Assembly: GCF_900095195.1 (NCBI RefSeq)
Contig: NZ_LT606950.1
Coordinates: 787,207-819,206, forward strand
Direction: 5' to 3'
DNA length: 32,000 bases
DNA from: Polynucleobacter necessarius
GTDB taxonomy: Bacteria; Pseudomonadota; Gammaproteobacteria; Burkholderiales; Burkholderiaceae
Within the stretch, counting starts at the first letter, position 1. Each line of letters begins with the position of its first letter. The notes beneath the pieces were generated by a model. That model was not told the origin of the DNA, did not search any database, and saw only the letters and a list, made by a program, of their open reading frames with translations. Positions 1 to 11,102 of this stretch are shown here, piece by piece. A program made the position numbers and the translations under genes.

Positions 1-603
1 AATATGACCAGGGCGGAAGATGCCTGCTTTTTCCAAGGCAATCGCTTCGCGGGTTCCGCCTAGGAACTCAGCATGGTCGATATCGATGCTGGTGACAATA
101 GCGCAATCCGCATCAACGATATTCACGGCATCTAAACGGCCACCCATACCGACCTCAAGGATGACTGCATCGAGACTCGCCTTCGAAAACAAATGCAGGA
201 TCGCTAGGGTGGTGAACTCAAAGTACGTCAATGTTGGTGCATCAACCAAACTCACACGCGCCTTTTCCACGGCAGCAAAGTGCTCTAACAGCAAGGCATC
301 GCTAACATCCTCGCTGTTAATGCGAGCGCGTTCATTAAACGACAACAAATGCGGTGAGGTGTGGCAACCCACTCGGTAACCTGAAGCGCGCAAGATACTC
401 TCGAGATAGGCGCAAGTAGAACCTTTACCATTTGTTCCCGCAACCGTTATCACAGGACATTCAAAATGAAGATCTAGGGCAGCCTTGACGCGATTGATGC
501 GCTCTAACCCCATATCGATTCCGACGGGATGCGCAGTTTCGAGGTGGCTAAGCCAAGCCTCTAAACTGGTAAATAAATTTGGGGGTTGGTGTGCAGTACT
601 CAA
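1..603 (-). CDS. folC: dihydrofolate synthase / folylpolyglutamate synthase, N-terminal 201 codons (the rest lies beyond the window start)
   Basis: Absent from the ORF track because it runs off the window edge. The minus-strand frame is open from 603 to 1. The translation reads LEAWLSHLETAHPVGIDMGLERI...VITVAGTNGKGSTCAYLESIL, which includes the Mur-ligase/FolC P-loop. After the upstream in-frame TGA there is no ATG or GTG, so TTG at 603-601 is my best start guess. It lies directly downstream of accD. Confidence 0.85.
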   Translation of the reverse strand, partial: MSTAHQPPNLFTSLEAWLSHLETAHPVGIDMGLERINRVKAALDLHFECPVITVAGTNGKGSTCAYLESILRASGYRVGCHTSPHLLSFNERARINSEDVSDALLLEHFAAVEKARVSLVDAPTLTYFEFTTLAILHLFSKASLDAVILEVGMGGRLDAVNIVDADCAIVTSIDIDHAEFLGGTREAIALEKAGIFRPGHI

Positions 604-607
604 GCGC

Positions 608-1495
608 TTAAACGGCTGCGCTACCTGCAACGGCAGGTTCAGGTAATTTTTGCAACAACGCCAATAGACGAGCAATCTCGCCGCGCATTTGGCGACGATC
701 GACAATCATGTCAATGCCACCCTTTTGCAATAAGAATTCAGAACGCTGAAAACCTTCAGGCAATTTCTCACGAACTGTTTGCTCGATCACGCGTGGACCA
801 GCAAAACCGATTAAGGCTTTGGGTTCAGCCATAACGACATCGCCCATGAATGCAAAACTGGCAGAAATACCGCCCATGGTTGGGTCCGTCAATACGCTGA
901 TGTATGGCAAGCCTTTTTTAGACAAGAGGGTCAGCATCGAGTTGGTCTTGGCCATCTGAAATAAGGACAGCAAACTCTCTTGCATGCGTGCACCACCAGT
1001 GGCCGTGACACAAATGAATGCACACTTCTTATTGATTGCCTCTTGCGCTGCTCGTGCGAAGCGCTCACCTACTACAGAACCCATTGATCCACCCATGTAT
1101 TGAAATTCAAAACACGCGGCAACTACTGGAATATTTTCAATTTTTCCACCCATAACGATGAGAGCTTCAGTCTCACCGGAAGCATCATTGGCTTCCTTAA
1201 TACGATCAGGGTACTTTTTTGAGTCTTTAAATTTCAGCGGATCTGTCGGATAAATCTCTGCGCCGATTTCGTAACGGCCTTTGGGATCTAACAAACTTTC
1301 TAAACGTTGGCGCGCGCCGATACGCATGTGGTGACTGCATTTTGGGCAGACCGAAAGGTTTGCTTCGATATCAGTGCTGTAGAGAACAGTTTCACAACCA
1401 GGGCATTTAACCCATAATCCTTCAGGAACCGATTTACGATTCGCAGGATCCGTATGTTGAATTTGGGGAGGGAGTAATTTATCAATCCAGCTCAT
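608..1495 (-). CDS. accD: acetyl-CoA carboxylase carboxyltransferase beta subunit
   Basis: 295-aa ORF with an N-terminal Zn-ribbon ([26 protein letters not shown]) and a carboxyltransferase core ([20 protein letters not shown]). Confidence 0.95.
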   Translation of the reverse strand: MSWIDKLLPPQIQHTDPANRKSVPEGLWVKCPGCETVLYSTDIEANLSVCPKCSHHMRIGARQRLESLLDPKGRYEIGAEIYPTDPLKFKDSKKYPDRIKEANDASGETEALIVMGGKIENIPVVAACFEFQYMGGSMGSVVGERFARAAQEAINKKCAFICVTATGGARMQESLLSLFQMAKTNSMLTLLSKKGLPYISVLTDPTMGGISASFAFMGDVVMAEPKALIGFAGPRVIEQTVREKLPEGFQRSEFLLQKGGIDMIVDRRQMRGEIARLLALLQKLPEPAVAGSAAV

Positions 1496-1501
1496 TAGTT
1501 T

Positions 1502-2299
1502 TTAGCTATCCAATGCGTCACGAATCTCACGAATGAAGGTTTCTAGTGATTGTACTGCCTGCCCTGGGGGCGCATCCTCTAAAAGGCGAATAATTCGGCT
1601 ACCAATAACGACCGCATCAGCACTGTTTGAAACCGCTTTTGCGCTCGCAGCATCGCTAATCCCGAAGCCCACAGCAATCGGAATATCCGTTTCCTCACGA
1701 ATTTTTGGGATGATGCTAGCCACGTCCTGGGTATTGAGGTGCGATGCCCCAGTCACCCCGCGCATCGATACGTAGTAAATGTAGCCAGAAGCGATCTTGG
1801 CCGCCTCTTTAATCCGCCCGTGGGACAAAGTCGGCGCCAACAAGAAGATGGGGTCGATGCCGGCAACACGCATACGCGCTGCAAAATCAACGCATTCTTC
1901 TGGCGGATAGTCCACTACCAGCACACCATCAACACCAGCCGCTTTAGCTTCAGTTGCGAAACGTTCAGCACCCATTTGCTCGACGGGATTAGCGTACCCC
2001 ATCAACACCACTGGTGTTGTGGAATCCTTTTTACGAAACTCTTTCACCATCTCTAGGCAAGAGTGCAAAGTCACGCCGTGCGTTAATGCACGCTCAGAAG
2101 AGCGCTGAATGACTGGTCCATCTGCCATGGGATCGGAAAATGGTACGCCCAACTCAATAACACTTGATCCACCACGCACAAGCGCATGCATGAGTTCAAC
2201 TGTCATTGAGGGGTCAGGATCACCAGCAGTGATAAACGGAATTAATCCTTTTTTGCCACTAGCTTTTAATTCTTGAAAGAGCGCAGTAATTTTTGACAT
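1502..2299 (-). CDS. trpA: tryptophan synthase alpha chain
   Basis: 265-aa ORF with [10 protein letters not shown] and [17 protein letters not shown] motifs. It lies downstream of trpB. Confidence 0.95.
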   Translation of the reverse strand: MSKITALFQELKASGKKGLIPFITAGDPDPSMTVELMHALVRGGSSVIELGVPFSDPMADGPVIQRSSERALTHGVTLHSCLEMVKEFRKKDSTTPVVLMGYANPVEQMGAERFATEAKAAGVDGVLVVDYPPEECVDFAARMRVAGIDPIFLLAPTLSHGRIKEAAKIASGYIYYVSMRGVTGASHLNTQDVASIIPKIREETDIPIAVGFGISDAASAKAVSNSADAVVIGSRIIRLLEDAPPGQAVQSLETFIREIRDALDS

Positions 2300-2349
2300 G
2301 TAAATCTCGTATTTTTTCTTTTTTTATATTCTTTTATCTTCTCGGGTTT

Positions 2350-3543
2350 TTAGCCTTCGGATCCTGTTGCTTGCGCCACAGTGTGCATATCTTTATCGCC
2401 ACGTCCAGAAAGGTTCACCAAAATTGTTTTATCTTTTGGCAGAGTCTTGGCTAGCTTGCAAGCGTATGCAATGGCATGGGAGGACTCAAGTGCAGGGATG
2501 ATACCTTCAATACGGCAACATTCATGGAATACCTGCAAAGCCTCCTCATCGGTAATCGCAACGTAATCAGCACGACCCGAATCTTTTAACCAGGCATGCT
2601 CAGGACCAACCCCTGGGTAATCCATGCCCGCAGAAACCGAGTGCGTTTCCGAAATCTGTCCGTTTTCATCCTGCAACAAGTAGGTGCGATTGCCATGCAA
2701 AACCCCAGGCTTTCCAACGCACAGTGCTGCTGAATGCAAAACGCCACCTAAACCGTGACCTGCAGCTTCTACACCAACCAGTTTTACTTGAGGCAAATCA
2801 ATGTAGGGATAAAAAATGCCCATGGCATTTGAACCACCGCCAACACAAGCAAGCACAAAGTCTGGCTGCTTACCTGTCATCTCTGGCATTTGCACCTTAC
2901 ACTCTTCACCAATCACGCTTTGAAAATCACGTACCATCATTGGGTAGGGATGTGGGCCCGCTACAGTACCAATAATGTAGAAAGTATTTTCCACATTGGT
3001 GACCCAGTCGCGCATCGCTTCATTAAGCGCATCTTTTAAAGTTTTCGTGCCAGACTCTACTGGAACAACCTTGGCACCCAGAAGCTTCATACGGAAAACG
3101 TTCTGCGCCTGGCGGGCAACGTCAACAGAACCTTGGTAAACAGTGCAATCCAAACCAAAGCGAGCACAGATCGTTGCAGTAGCAACGCCATGCTGCCCAG
3201 CCCCTGTCTCAGCAATGATGCGAGGCTTACCCATACGTTTTGCCAGCATTGCTTGCCCGATAACGTTATTGATCTTATGGGCACCCGTATGGTTTAAATC
3301 TTCACGCTTGAGGTAGATCTGTGCACCACCCAACATCTCACTCCAACGCTTAGCGTGATACACCGGTGATGGTCTACCGACGAAATGCTTGAGCTCGTAA
3401 TGAAACTCTTCAATGAATTCAGGATCGTGTTGATATTTTGCATAAGCCCCTTTCAGCTCATCTAATGCATACATCAACGTCTCGGAAACAAACACGCCGC
3501 CGTAAGGACCGAAATGTCCTCGTGCATCTGGCTTGTCATACAT
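2350..3543 (-). CDS. trpB: tryptophan synthase beta chain
   Basis: 397-aa ORF with the PLP-lysine motif [11 protein letters not shown] and the GGGSNAMG loop. Confidence 0.97.
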   Translation of the reverse strand: MYDKPDARGHFGPYGGVFVSETLMYALDELKGAYAKYQHDPEFIEEFHYELKHFVGRPSPVYHAKRWSEMLGGAQIYLKREDLNHTGAHKINNVIGQAMLAKRMGKPRIIAETGAGQHGVATATICARFGLDCTVYQGSVDVARQAQNVFRMKLLGAKVVPVESGTKTLKDALNEAMRDWVTNVENTFYIIGTVAGPHPYPMMVRDFQSVIGEECKVQMPEMTGKQPDFVLACVGGGSNAMGIFYPYIDLPQVKLVGVEAAGHGLGGVLHSAALCVGKPGVLHGNRTYLLQDENGQISETHSVSAGMDYPGVGPEHAWLKDSGRADYVAITDEEALQVFHECCRIEGIIPALESSHAIAYACKLAKTLPKDKTILVNLSGRGDKDMHTVAQATGSEG

Positions 3544-3573
3544 AGCTACCTCTTTTGATTTATTTACAGCAAA

Positions 3574-4251
3574 TTATTGGGATGATGCATTTGCATCCGC
3601 TGCACGCACTGCGTTAACAAACTCCGCCATGAGTGCAGGATCTTTCACACCCCTGCTGCTTTCTACGCCACTACTGACGTCAACTGCGCAAGGATGCAGA
3701 CGAGCAATCGCCTCGCCCACGTTGTGCGTGTTCAATCCACCACTCAAAACGACCCGAGGCGCGTTTTCGCTTACCCATGTCTGTGGAATTCCTTGCCAAT
3801 CAAAAGGAACGCCTCCTCCGCCATACCCATCAACTAGGGCGTCCAGCAGAAAAGCGTTTGCTCCCCCATATTGTAGGGAAAATTCATCAAAAGCGAATCC
3901 AGCCCCGATGCGGGCTGCCTTCATCCAGGGCTCACCACGAGCCAATTGAACGCATCGTTGGGGGGTCTCATCCCCGTGAAACTGCCACAGCGTAATAGAC
4001 GCGGCAGCTCGAATGGTGGCAAACTCCTCATCCGTTGCATTCACGACCAATCCAACGGCGTCTGCCCCGGCTGGAAGCCTTGAAATCAGCTGGGCCGCGA
4101 TATTGGGGCTAACTGCCCTAACGCTGGGCGAGTAAAAGACAAATCCAACGGCATCCATCCCTGCTAAAACAGCAGCATCCACATCTGCCGAGGTCTTTAA
4201 ACCGCAGATTTTGACTCGTGTTTGGCCTGGAGAGAATGTTAGTAAGCCCAT
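3574..4251 (-). CDS. trpF: N-(5'-phosphoribosyl)anthranilate isomerase
   Basis: 225-aa ORF with a VKICGL N-terminus, a TIM-barrel PRAI-like sequence and trp cluster context. Confidence 0.9.
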   Translation of the reverse strand: MGLLTFSPGQTRVKICGLKTSADVDAAVLAGMDAVGFVFYSPSVRAVSPNIAAQLISRLPAGADAVGLVVNATDEEFATIRAAASITLWQFHGDETPQRCVQLARGEPWMKAARIGAGFAFDEFSLQYGGANAFLLDALVDGYGGGGVPFDWQGIPQTWVSENAPRVVLSGGLNTHNVGEAIARLHPCAVDVSSGVESSRGVKDPALMAEFVNAVRAADANASSQ

Positions 4252-4267
4252 AAAAGAATAATAAGGC

Positions 4268-5104
4268 TTATCTTGCGATCACCGTGGCTGGAAACCACGA
4301 GTTTTCCAACCAAGGGCTGGGGATGGCAAATTCTTCTGGATAGGTGATTTTGCTCAGATACAGGCCATCCGGCATAAATGTCGGCGCAGCCAGTTGACGA
4401 TTTCTAGAAGCCAGTAACCCCCCCATCCATTCCGGCTTTTGCCGACCACGACCAATCTGTAAAAAACTGCCAACCAGATTACGAACCATGTGGTGCAAAA
4501 ACGCGTTGCCCCGAATCCGAAAATACAACCAGGGCTCATCCGAAATGATGTCTATCGCGTACATTGTTTTGACTGGAGTTTTATTTTGACACTCTGAAGA
4601 GCGAAAGGAACTAAAGTCATGCTCACCAATGAGATATTGAGCCGCCGCATTCATTGCATCAATATCAAACCAAATATTCGGTGGCAACATCACATAACCC
4701 GCTCTCTCATTCATCATCGGTGAACGGCATTGGCCTGCATGCAACGCATAAATATACGTGCGCTCGAACGCGGAGAAACGCGCACTAAATTCATCTGGAA
4801 CTACCTTAGCCCAGTTCACCACAATCGATCCTGGTAAATACGAATTCACACCCCTGACCCAAGAAAAATCATCGCGCTCAACTGGCGTATCAAAATGAAT
4901 CACCTGCCCTAGCGCATGAACTCCAGCATCGGTTCGGCCAGCGGTGATGGTATGCACAGGGTTTGCTTTACACGCTTGTGCGCCAATGAATGCGCTAATG
5001 GCTTTTTCTACTTCGCCTTGGACGGTCAACTGATTAGGTTGTAGTTGCCAGCCCGCATATGGACTTCCATCGTATTGAAGGCCGAGTGCAATGCGCATCG
5101 TCAT
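4268..5104 (-). CDS. truA: tRNA pseudouridine(38-40) synthase
   Basis: 278-aa ORF with the catalytic GRTDAGVHA motif and a typical length. Confidence 0.93.
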   Translation of the reverse strand: MTMRIALGLQYDGSPYAGWQLQPNQLTVQGEVEKAISAFIGAQACKANPVHTITAGRTDAGVHALGQVIHFDTPVERDDFSWVRGVNSYLPGSIVVNWAKVVPDEFSARFSAFERTYIYALHAGQCRSPMMNERAGYVMLPPNIWFDIDAMNAAAQYLIGEHDFSSFRSSECQNKTPVKTMYAIDIISDEPWLYFRIRGNAFLHHMVRNLVGSFLQIGRGRQKPEWMGGLLASRNRQLAAPTFMPDGLYLSKITYPEEFAIPSPWLENSWFPATVIAR

Positions 5105-5114
5105 TTATTCTGGC

Positions 5115-6454
5115 TTACGCCTGGCGATGAGAAAACTCTGACAATAAACCCTGCGCTTCAATGGTGATGTACGCTCGGGCTAAATTCAGTTTGACACGCA
5201 GAGTATCCGCTAAAGGATTGCTAGCTCCAGAGGTATCCACAGGCGCAGGCGCTACTGGATGCGCGCCAACTGGTGCTTGCTTTGCCGGTTTCGTTAAATC
5301 TAAATCAATGCCCGCAAACAATGCTTTTGCACGCTCCGGCATTTCAAATGCGGCACCTGAACTGGGAGCAGCAGTCTGTTCGCCATTCTGTAACTGAATT
5401 GCTCCGTCAAATGCTGGCCCTTCTGAACGTCTAGCATGACGTGCTAGACCCCAAAGCAGCAAACCCGTCAAGGCAATCAACCCAATTGCCAATATAACTG
5501 GTCCGAAGCCTCCAAATCCAAAGTTGTTATCAACTGCTTTTTTCTCCTTAGATTTTTCCAAGAGGCGTTGTAAATCAGCGATGTTCTTTTCTAGCTCAGC
5601 TACTCGTGCCTTAGCTTGCTCTAACTCTTTTTCTTGCGCCACTAAATTTTCGGTATAACGACGCTCTTGCTCATTGCCATCAGCACTAGAGCCAATCTTC
5701 AAGCGATCTTTCGCTGCTGACGCTGCTGAAGACGCGGATTTGCCTCCTCCGCTAGCGTCGCCTTTGCCATCCTTGGACTGTTCTGCCTGCCACCGCTCAT
5801 TTGCTTGCGCAACAAACTGGTAAGCTTCAGCCGGACTAATGGAACGCAAAAGTGCTTGACTCGGTTTATTGAGTTCTACGCCAGCAGCAAGGCGATTGAT
5901 ACTGCCACTAGCAAACGCATCAGGATTGGCTTTGTAGAGCCCATGATGGCTTGGATCCAATGTGGCGCCCTCCAATTGCGGCGCCATCAGCATTGCAATC
6001 TCAGAGAGTGTTTGACCGGGCTTCACAACAACTTTTTGCGCTCCCCCAATTAATAACGTGAAAGTTTTGGTAATACTGCCACTAGACCAATTGAGATTTA
6101 CTAATACGTCTAAAAAGGATCGTCCGTAATAGGTACTGAATTGACCGTTTCAACCAACACCATCAATTGCTCAGCACGGTTTCGATACACCATCGCCTGA
6201 GGATTGAGCTCGAGGACTTTTTGCGAGACGCCTAAACGCTCATACGATGCTTTTCCAGGCAAAGCAACCTTGAGCGACTCGAGCGCACCGCTCTCTTCCG
6301 CCGCAATACGAATCGGAATCTCAACGCGCAGGGGTTCGCCAGGACGTGACTGGAGTTGAGGCGCACCCAAGGTGACCGCCCAAGTTGTGCAAGCCCAACG
6401 GGGCAGAACAAAGCAAAACGCTTTGAGCAAGCGAAGTTGGGTCCTTAACAACAT
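5115..6454 (-). pseudogene. fimV: FimV-like peptidoglycan-binding protein, split by a 1-nt frameshift
   Basis: The N-terminal ORF 6454-6110 has a signal peptide and the FimV N-domain, and ends ...PITDDPF-stop. The conserved continuation LDVLVNLNWSSGSITKTFTLLIGG, then the LysM-like VVVKPGQTLSEIA, reads on without a stop in the adjacent frame into ORF 6026-5115. The junction is a T5 run on the coding strand (A5 on plus, about 6112-6116), where T6 would give PFLDV. It sits between asd and truA, as in other Burkholderiales. Confidence 0.75.
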
Positions 6455-6472
6455 TAGGGCATTAAAGGAGAA

Positions 6473-7630
6473 TTACTTCTCAAGCAAGATACGGAGCATG
6501 CGACGCAACGGTTCTGCAGCACCCCATAACAATTGATCACCTACCGTAAATGCGCCAAGATATTCAGGCCCCATCGCCAACTTATGCAAGCGCCCAATAG
6601 GTACAGTTAAGGTGCCGCTTATTGCAGCAGGCGATAGATCGCGCTCGGTAGTCTCACGATCGTTCGGAACCACTTTGACCCACCGATTATCGTTTGCCAA
6701 AATAGTTTCAATATCCTGAAGCGGAATGTCTTTCTTCAACTTGACCGTCAAACCTTGCGAGTGGCAACGCATGGCGCCAACACGAACGCATAAACCATCA
6801 ATCGGAATACTGCCTGGCGAACGGAATGCAGGTCGGCCTAGAATTTTGTTAAATTCAGCGCCGCTCTTCCACTCTTCCTTAGTTTGACCATTCTCAACAG
6901 GAACGTCGATCCATGGAATTAAGCTACCAGCCAGGGCGGTGTTGCGGAAATTCTTTTTCGGAAAGTCGGCTGAGCGCAGTGTCTCAGTGACCTTACGATC
7001 GATATCCAAGATCCATGAAGACGGATCAGCCAATTCTGTGGCAACGCTGTCACGCAATGCACCCATCTGCAAGAGCAACTCGCGCATGTTCTGCGCGCCA
7101 GCACCTGAGGCTGCCTGATAGGTCATGGCGCTAATCCACTCCACCATGTCAGCCTTCACCAAGCCGCCCATAGCCATCATCATTAAACTGACCGTGCAGT
7201 TCGCACCAATCCAGTTTTTGCCACCAGCTGCTAGAGCCTTATCGATGACAGCGCGATTAACGGGATCCAAAACCAGTACCGCATCATCCTTCATGCGCAA
7301 TGCGCTAGCAGCATCAATCCAGTGACCATTCCAACCCGCTGCACGCAGTTTCGGGAAGATTTCATTGGTATAGTCGCCGCCTTGGCAAGTCAAAATAATG
7401 TCGCAGCGTGACAATGCACTGATGTCATTCGCATCTTGCAATGTATTTTCACTCTTGGTGACTTTTTTACCATTGAGCAATGGCACTTCGCCACCCGCTT
7501 GGCTGGTGCTAAAGAAAACGGGTTCGATCAGTTCAAAATCCTTCTCAGCAAGCATGCGCTCCATTAGCACGCTTCCTACCATTCCGCGCCAGCCAACCAA
7601 TCCTACCAATGGTGTATTTGAATTTGCCAT
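6473..7630 (-). CDS. asd: aspartate-semialdehyde dehydrogenase
   Basis: 385-aa ORF with [13 protein letters not shown] (NAD-binding), [10 protein letters not shown] (active-site Cys) and a C-terminal [16 protein letters not shown]. Confidence 0.95.
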   Translation of the reverse strand: MANSNTPLVGLVGWRGMVGSVLMERMLAEKDFELIEPVFFSTSQAGGEVPLLNGKKVTKSENTLQDANDISALSRCDIILTCQGGDYTNEIFPKLRAAGWNGHWIDAASALRMKDDAVLVLDPVNRAVIDKALAAGGKNWIGANCTVSLMMMAMGGLVKADMVEWISAMTYQAASGAGAQNMRELLLQMGALRDSVATELADPSSWILDIDRKVTETLRSADFPKKNFRNTALAGSLIPWIDVPVENGQTKEEWKSGAEFNKILGRPAFRSPGSIPIDGLCVRVGAMRCHSQGLTVKLKKDIPLQDIETILANDNRWVKVVPNDRETTERDLSPAAISGTLTVPIGRLHKLAMGPEYLGAFTVGDQLLWGAAEPLRRMLRILLEK

Positions 7631-7686
7631 GATTTCACTATCTATAAAAAGTTGTATCGCTACTACTATTAATGATTATTTCAAGA

Positions 7687-8757
7687 CTAAGCTAAGGCCG
7701 CTACCACTGCATCACCCATTTGCACGGTGCTTACCTTTTGAGTGCCTTCCGTGTAAATATCCGCAGTGCGCAATCCCTGCGCCAATACTTTTTGCACCGC
7801 TTTATCAATACGATCTGCTTCAGTAGGCATACCCAAGGAATACCGCAACATCATGGCAGCGGACAAAGTTGTCGCCAACGGATTCGCAATACCCTTACCC
7901 GCAATATCTGGTGCAGAGCCATGACTCGGCTCATATAAGCCTTTATTGTTCTTATCCAAAGATGCAGAAGGCAACATTCCGATAGATCCAGTCAACATCG
8001 CCGCCTCATCCGACAGAATATCGCCAAAAAGATTGCTCGTTACCACCACATCGAAGGCCTTAGGCGCTTTAACCAGCTGCATGGCTGCGTTATCCACATA
8101 CATATGCGATAACTCGACATCTGGATAGTCCTTTGACACCCGAATCATCACTTTACGCCATAGTTGTGAGGTCTCGAGTACGTTTGCTTTATCCACGCTA
8201 CAAACTTTTTTGCCTCGCTTACGAGCAACCTCAAATGCAACACGACCGATACGCTCTACTTCAGGCTCGCTGTAATGCATGGTGTCAAACCCCTCGCGCG
8301 CACCCTTAAATAATTCCAACTCCGAAGTGCGAATGCCGCGCGGTTGTCCAAAATAAATATCGCCGTTGAGTTCGCGGACAATCAAAATATCCAAGCCACC
8401 AATAATTTCGGGTTTTAAACTCGAAGCAGCGGTAAGCTCTGGATAACAAATTGCTGGCCTGAAGTTGGCAAACAACGCTAAGTGTTTGCGCAATCCTAAA
8501 ATCGCTTGCTCTGGGCGGAGTTCACGCGCCAGAGTGTCGTATTTCCAATCGCCAACAGCACCAAATAAGATTGCATCGGCTTTTTTTGCCAATTCTAGGG
8601 TTGCTGGTGGCAAAGGGTGCCCTGCCACATCATAAGCAGCTCCGCCTACAGGCGCTTCCTCTAAATCAACCTGCGTTCCGAGCGCCTTGAGCACACGAAC
8701 GGCCTGAGCAACGATTTCCGGGCCTATCCCATCGCCCGGGAGAACCGCAATTTTCAT
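7687..8757 (-). CDS. leuB: 3-isopropylmalate dehydrogenase
   Basis: 356-aa ORF with [41 protein letters not shown]. Confidence 0.96.
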   Translation of the reverse strand: MKIAVLPGDGIGPEIVAQAVRVLKALGTQVDLEEAPVGGAAYDVAGHPLPPATLELAKKADAILFGAVGDWKYDTLARELRPEQAILGLRKHLALFANFRPAICYPELTAASSLKPEIIGGLDILIVRELNGDIYFGQPRGIRTSELELFKGAREGFDTMHYSEPEVERIGRVAFEVARKRGKKVCSVDKANVLETSQLWRKVMIRVSKDYPDVELSHMYVDNAAMQLVKAPKAFDVVVTSNLFGDILSDEAAMLTGSIGMLPSASLDKNNKGLYEPSHGSAPDIAGKGIANPLATTLSAAMMLRYSLGMPTEADRIDKAVQKVLAQGLRTADIYTEGTQKVSTVQMGDAVVAALA

Positions 8758-8780
8758 GAAAAACCATTAAATCTACAAAA

Positions 8781-9428
8781 TTACGGCAATTGAGTTGCAA
8801 GCCAAGGCATCTTCAGAATGCGCTCAGCTTCGTAAGCCTTAATTTTATCTGCATGGCGCAGGGTTAAGCCAATATCGTCAAGGCCATTAAGAAGGCAGCA
8901 CTTCCGGAAAGGCATGATCTCAAAGCTATAAGCGGTACCGTCCGGGGTTACCACCTGCTGAGCCTCTAAATCAATCGTTAATTGATAACCATTAAATGCC
9001 TGGGTTTTATTAAATAAATGATCTACCTGCATTTCAGTCAATACGATGGGTAAGAGACCATTTTTGTAGCAGTTATTGAAAAAGATATCTGCAAAACTTG
9101 GGGCGATCACGGCTCTGAAGCCAAACTGGTCCAAAGCCCAAGGAGCATGCTCACGGGAACTGCCGCAACCAAAATTTTTGCGGGACAACAAAATACCAGC
9201 GCCTTTGTAACGTGGTTGGTTGAGAACAAAATCGGGGTTGATTGGTCGAGCGCTGCAATCTTGACCAGGCTCACCATGATCTAGGTAACGCCACTCATCA
9301 AACAAGTTTTGACCAAAGCCTGTTTTTTTAATCGATTTTAGAAACTGTTTTGGAATGATTGCATCGGTATCCACGTTCTCGCGATTTAACGGAGCAACCA
9401 CACCTTTGTATACCGTAAATTTTTCCAT
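8781..9428 (-). CDS. leuD: 3-isopropylmalate dehydratase small subunit
   Basis: 215-aa ORF with [15 protein letters not shown], in leuC/leuB context. Confidence 0.95.
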   Translation of the reverse strand: MEKFTVYKGVVAPLNRENVDTDAIIPKQFLKSIKKTGFGQNLFDEWRYLDHGEPGQDCSARPINPDFVLNQPRYKGAGILLSRKNFGCGSSREHAPWALDQFGFRAVIAPSFADIFFNNCYKNGLLPIVLTEMQVDHLFNKTQAFNGYQLTIDLEAQQVVTPDGTAYSFEIMPFRKCCLLNGLDDIGLTLRHADKIKAYEAERILKMPWLATQLP

Positions 9429-9485
9429 GATGCTAACTTCGATTCTGTAAATAGTGTTTATTTAACCGGGGTAACGACAACGTCC

Positions 9486-9665
9486 TTACCTTGTGTTTGC
9501 GATTGGTTTTGCTGTGTTGGTTTTGCTCCAGACCCACCCATTGAATCCCATGGTCTGCAAATCTTTTCCCATGCCCTCAAGTGTGCTGCTGCAGGCGGCA
9601 ATCAGAAGACCAGCGATACCAACAATGGCCAAACGAGCAATCAACGATATTGGAGAAAATTTCAT
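9486..9665 (-). CDS. small entericidin-like lipoprotein (59 aa)
   Basis: This is the internal Met of the 112-aa track ORF: MKFSPISLIARLAIVGIAGLLIAAC. It has a signal peptide with lipobox IAAC followed by an EGMGKDLQ motif resembling entericidin EcnA/B. AAGGA lies 5-9 nt upstream of the ATG. The longer ORF would overlap the 3' end of leuC. Confidence 0.6.
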   Translation of the reverse strand: MKFSPISLIARLAIVGIAGLLIAACSSTLEGMGKDLQTMGFNGWVWSKTNTAKPIANTR

Positions 9666-9675
9666 CGCGATATCC

Positions 9676-11094
9676 TTATGAAATCTTACGAACGTCAACG
9701 AAATGGCCTTCGATCGCAGCTGCTGCCGCCATTGCAGGACTGACCAAGTGTGTACGTCCACCGTTGCCTTGACGTCCCTCAAAGTTACGGTTGGAGGTCG
9801 ATGCGCAGCGCTCGCCAGGTTCAAAACGATCCCCGTTCATCGCCAAACACATAGAGCAACCAGGCTCGCGCCATTCAAAGCCAGCCGCTTTAAAAATGCG
9901 GTCCAGACCCTCACGCTCGGCTTGCGCTTTCACTAAGCCAGACCCTGGAACAACCATGGCCAACTTAATATTTGGGGCTACTTTTTTACCGATACGATCA
10001 ACCACTTTTGCAGCAGCACGAATATCTTCAATGCGGCTGTTTGTGCAGGAACCAATAAATACTTTATCCACTGCAATACTGTTTAATGGCGTATTAGGCA
10101 CTAAGTTCATGTATTCCAAAGCGCGCTCAATGGCTGAACGTTTATTTGGATCGCGCTCTTTCTCGGGATCCGGCACGCGTCCATCAATGGATAGAACCAT
10201 CTCGGGAGATGTTCCCCACGTCACTTGGGGTGCAATTTCTTCTGCACGCAATTCCACGACAGCATCAAACTTTGCGTCCGGATCAGAATGAAGGGTTCTC
10301 CAATATTGCAGTGCTTGTAATAGCGCCGGGCCCTTAGGAGCATATGGACGACCTTGAACGTATTCAATAGTAGTTTCATCTACAGCCACAAGTCCTGAGC
10401 GTGCGCCCGCCTCAATTGCCATATTGCACAAGGTCATGCGACCTTCCATGGACAGATTGCGAATCGCCTCGCCAGCAAATTCAATGGTGTAACCAGTGCC
10501 ACCTGCAGTACCAATCTTGCCAATCACTGCCAGCACGATGTCTTTCGCGGATGCGCCTGGTTGCAAACGGCCATCAACGCGTACCAACATGTTTTTGCTC
10601 TTTTTCATGAGCAAGGTTTGTGTAGCCAGTACATGCTCCACTTCTGAGGTACCGATACCAAACGCTAACGCACCAAATGCGCCATGCGTACTGGTATGTG
10701 AATCGCCGCATACCACCGTCATGCCAGGCAAAGTAGCACCCTGCTCTGGTCCAATGACATGAACAATTCCCTGACGGGTATCGTTCATCTTGTATTGCGT
10801 AATACCAAAAGCATCACAGTTTTGATCAAGCGTATCGACCTGCAGCTTCGAAATTGGATCCGCAATTCCTTGTGAGCGATCCGTTGTCGGAACATTGTGG
10901 TCGGATACCGCCAAATTGGCGGAGATACGCCAAACCGGGCGGCCAGCCAGATTCAATCCTTCAAATGCTTGAGGGCTGGTTACCTCATGGAGAAATTGAC
11001 GATCAATGTAGATCGTGGCTGTGCCATCCTCTTCTGAGTAAACAACGTGGTCATTCCACAATTTGTCATAAAGCGTACGAGACATGAGAGACAT
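9676..11094 (-). CDS. leuC: 3-isopropylmalate dehydratase large subunit
   Basis: 472-aa aconitase-family ORF with [26 protein letters not shown] and GCSMCLAMN Fe-S ligand motifs. Confidence 0.96.
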   Translation of the reverse strand: MSLMSRTLYDKLWNDHVVYSEEDGTATIYIDRQFLHEVTSPQAFEGLNLAGRPVWRISANLAVSDHNVPTTDRSQGIADPISKLQVDTLDQNCDAFGITQYKMNDTRQGIVHVIGPEQGATLPGMTVVCGDSHTSTHGAFGALAFGIGTSEVEHVLATQTLLMKKSKNMLVRVDGRLQPGASAKDIVLAVIGKIGTAGGTGYTIEFAGEAIRNLSMEGRMTLCNMAIEAGARSGLVAVDETTIEYVQGRPYAPKGPALLQALQYWRTLHSDPDAKFDAVVELRAEEIAPQVTWGTSPEMVLSIDGRVPDPEKERDPNKRSAIERALEYMNLVPNTPLNSIAVDKVFIGSCTNSRIEDIRAAAKVVDRIGKKVAPNIKLAMVVPGSGLVKAQAEREGLDRIFKAAGFEWREPGCSMCLAMNGDRFEPGERCASTSNRNFEGRQGNGGRTHLVSPAMAAAAAIEGHFVDVRKIS

Positions 11095-11102
11095 TAAGAC
11101 CT

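Noticed and set aside
2300-2349. A very AT-rich 50-nt spacer with several T-runs between trpB and trpA, considered as a terminator or gene remnant.
   Set aside because: There is no stem-loop preceding the runs on the coding (minus) strand, and it is too short to assign as a remnant. It probably only carries the trpA ribosome-binding site.
3533-3949. A 138-aa plus-strand ORF. Similar long antisense ORFs occur elsewhere, for example 9791-10291, 7398-7826, 17669-18097, 23385-23888, 13105-13398 and 5161-5397.
   Set aside because: Each lies entirely antisense to a confidently identified conserved gene, has a low-complexity or Arg/Ser/Pro/Ala-rich composition, and has no recognisable motif or ribosome-binding site. 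These are shadow ORFs.
5115-5200. The unusual FimV C-terminus (AYITIEAQGLLSEFSHRQA-stop), considered as a second frameshift.
   Set aside because: The alternative frames give no better match to the FimV C-terminal motif, so I cannot distinguish divergence from truncation without an alignment.
9666-9824. The upstream 53 codons of the 112-aa ORF overlapping the leuC 3' end.
   Set aside because: This part has no signal or lipoprotein logic and overlaps leuC in another frame. A ribosome-binding site plus ATG at 9665 gives a coherent small lipoprotein.
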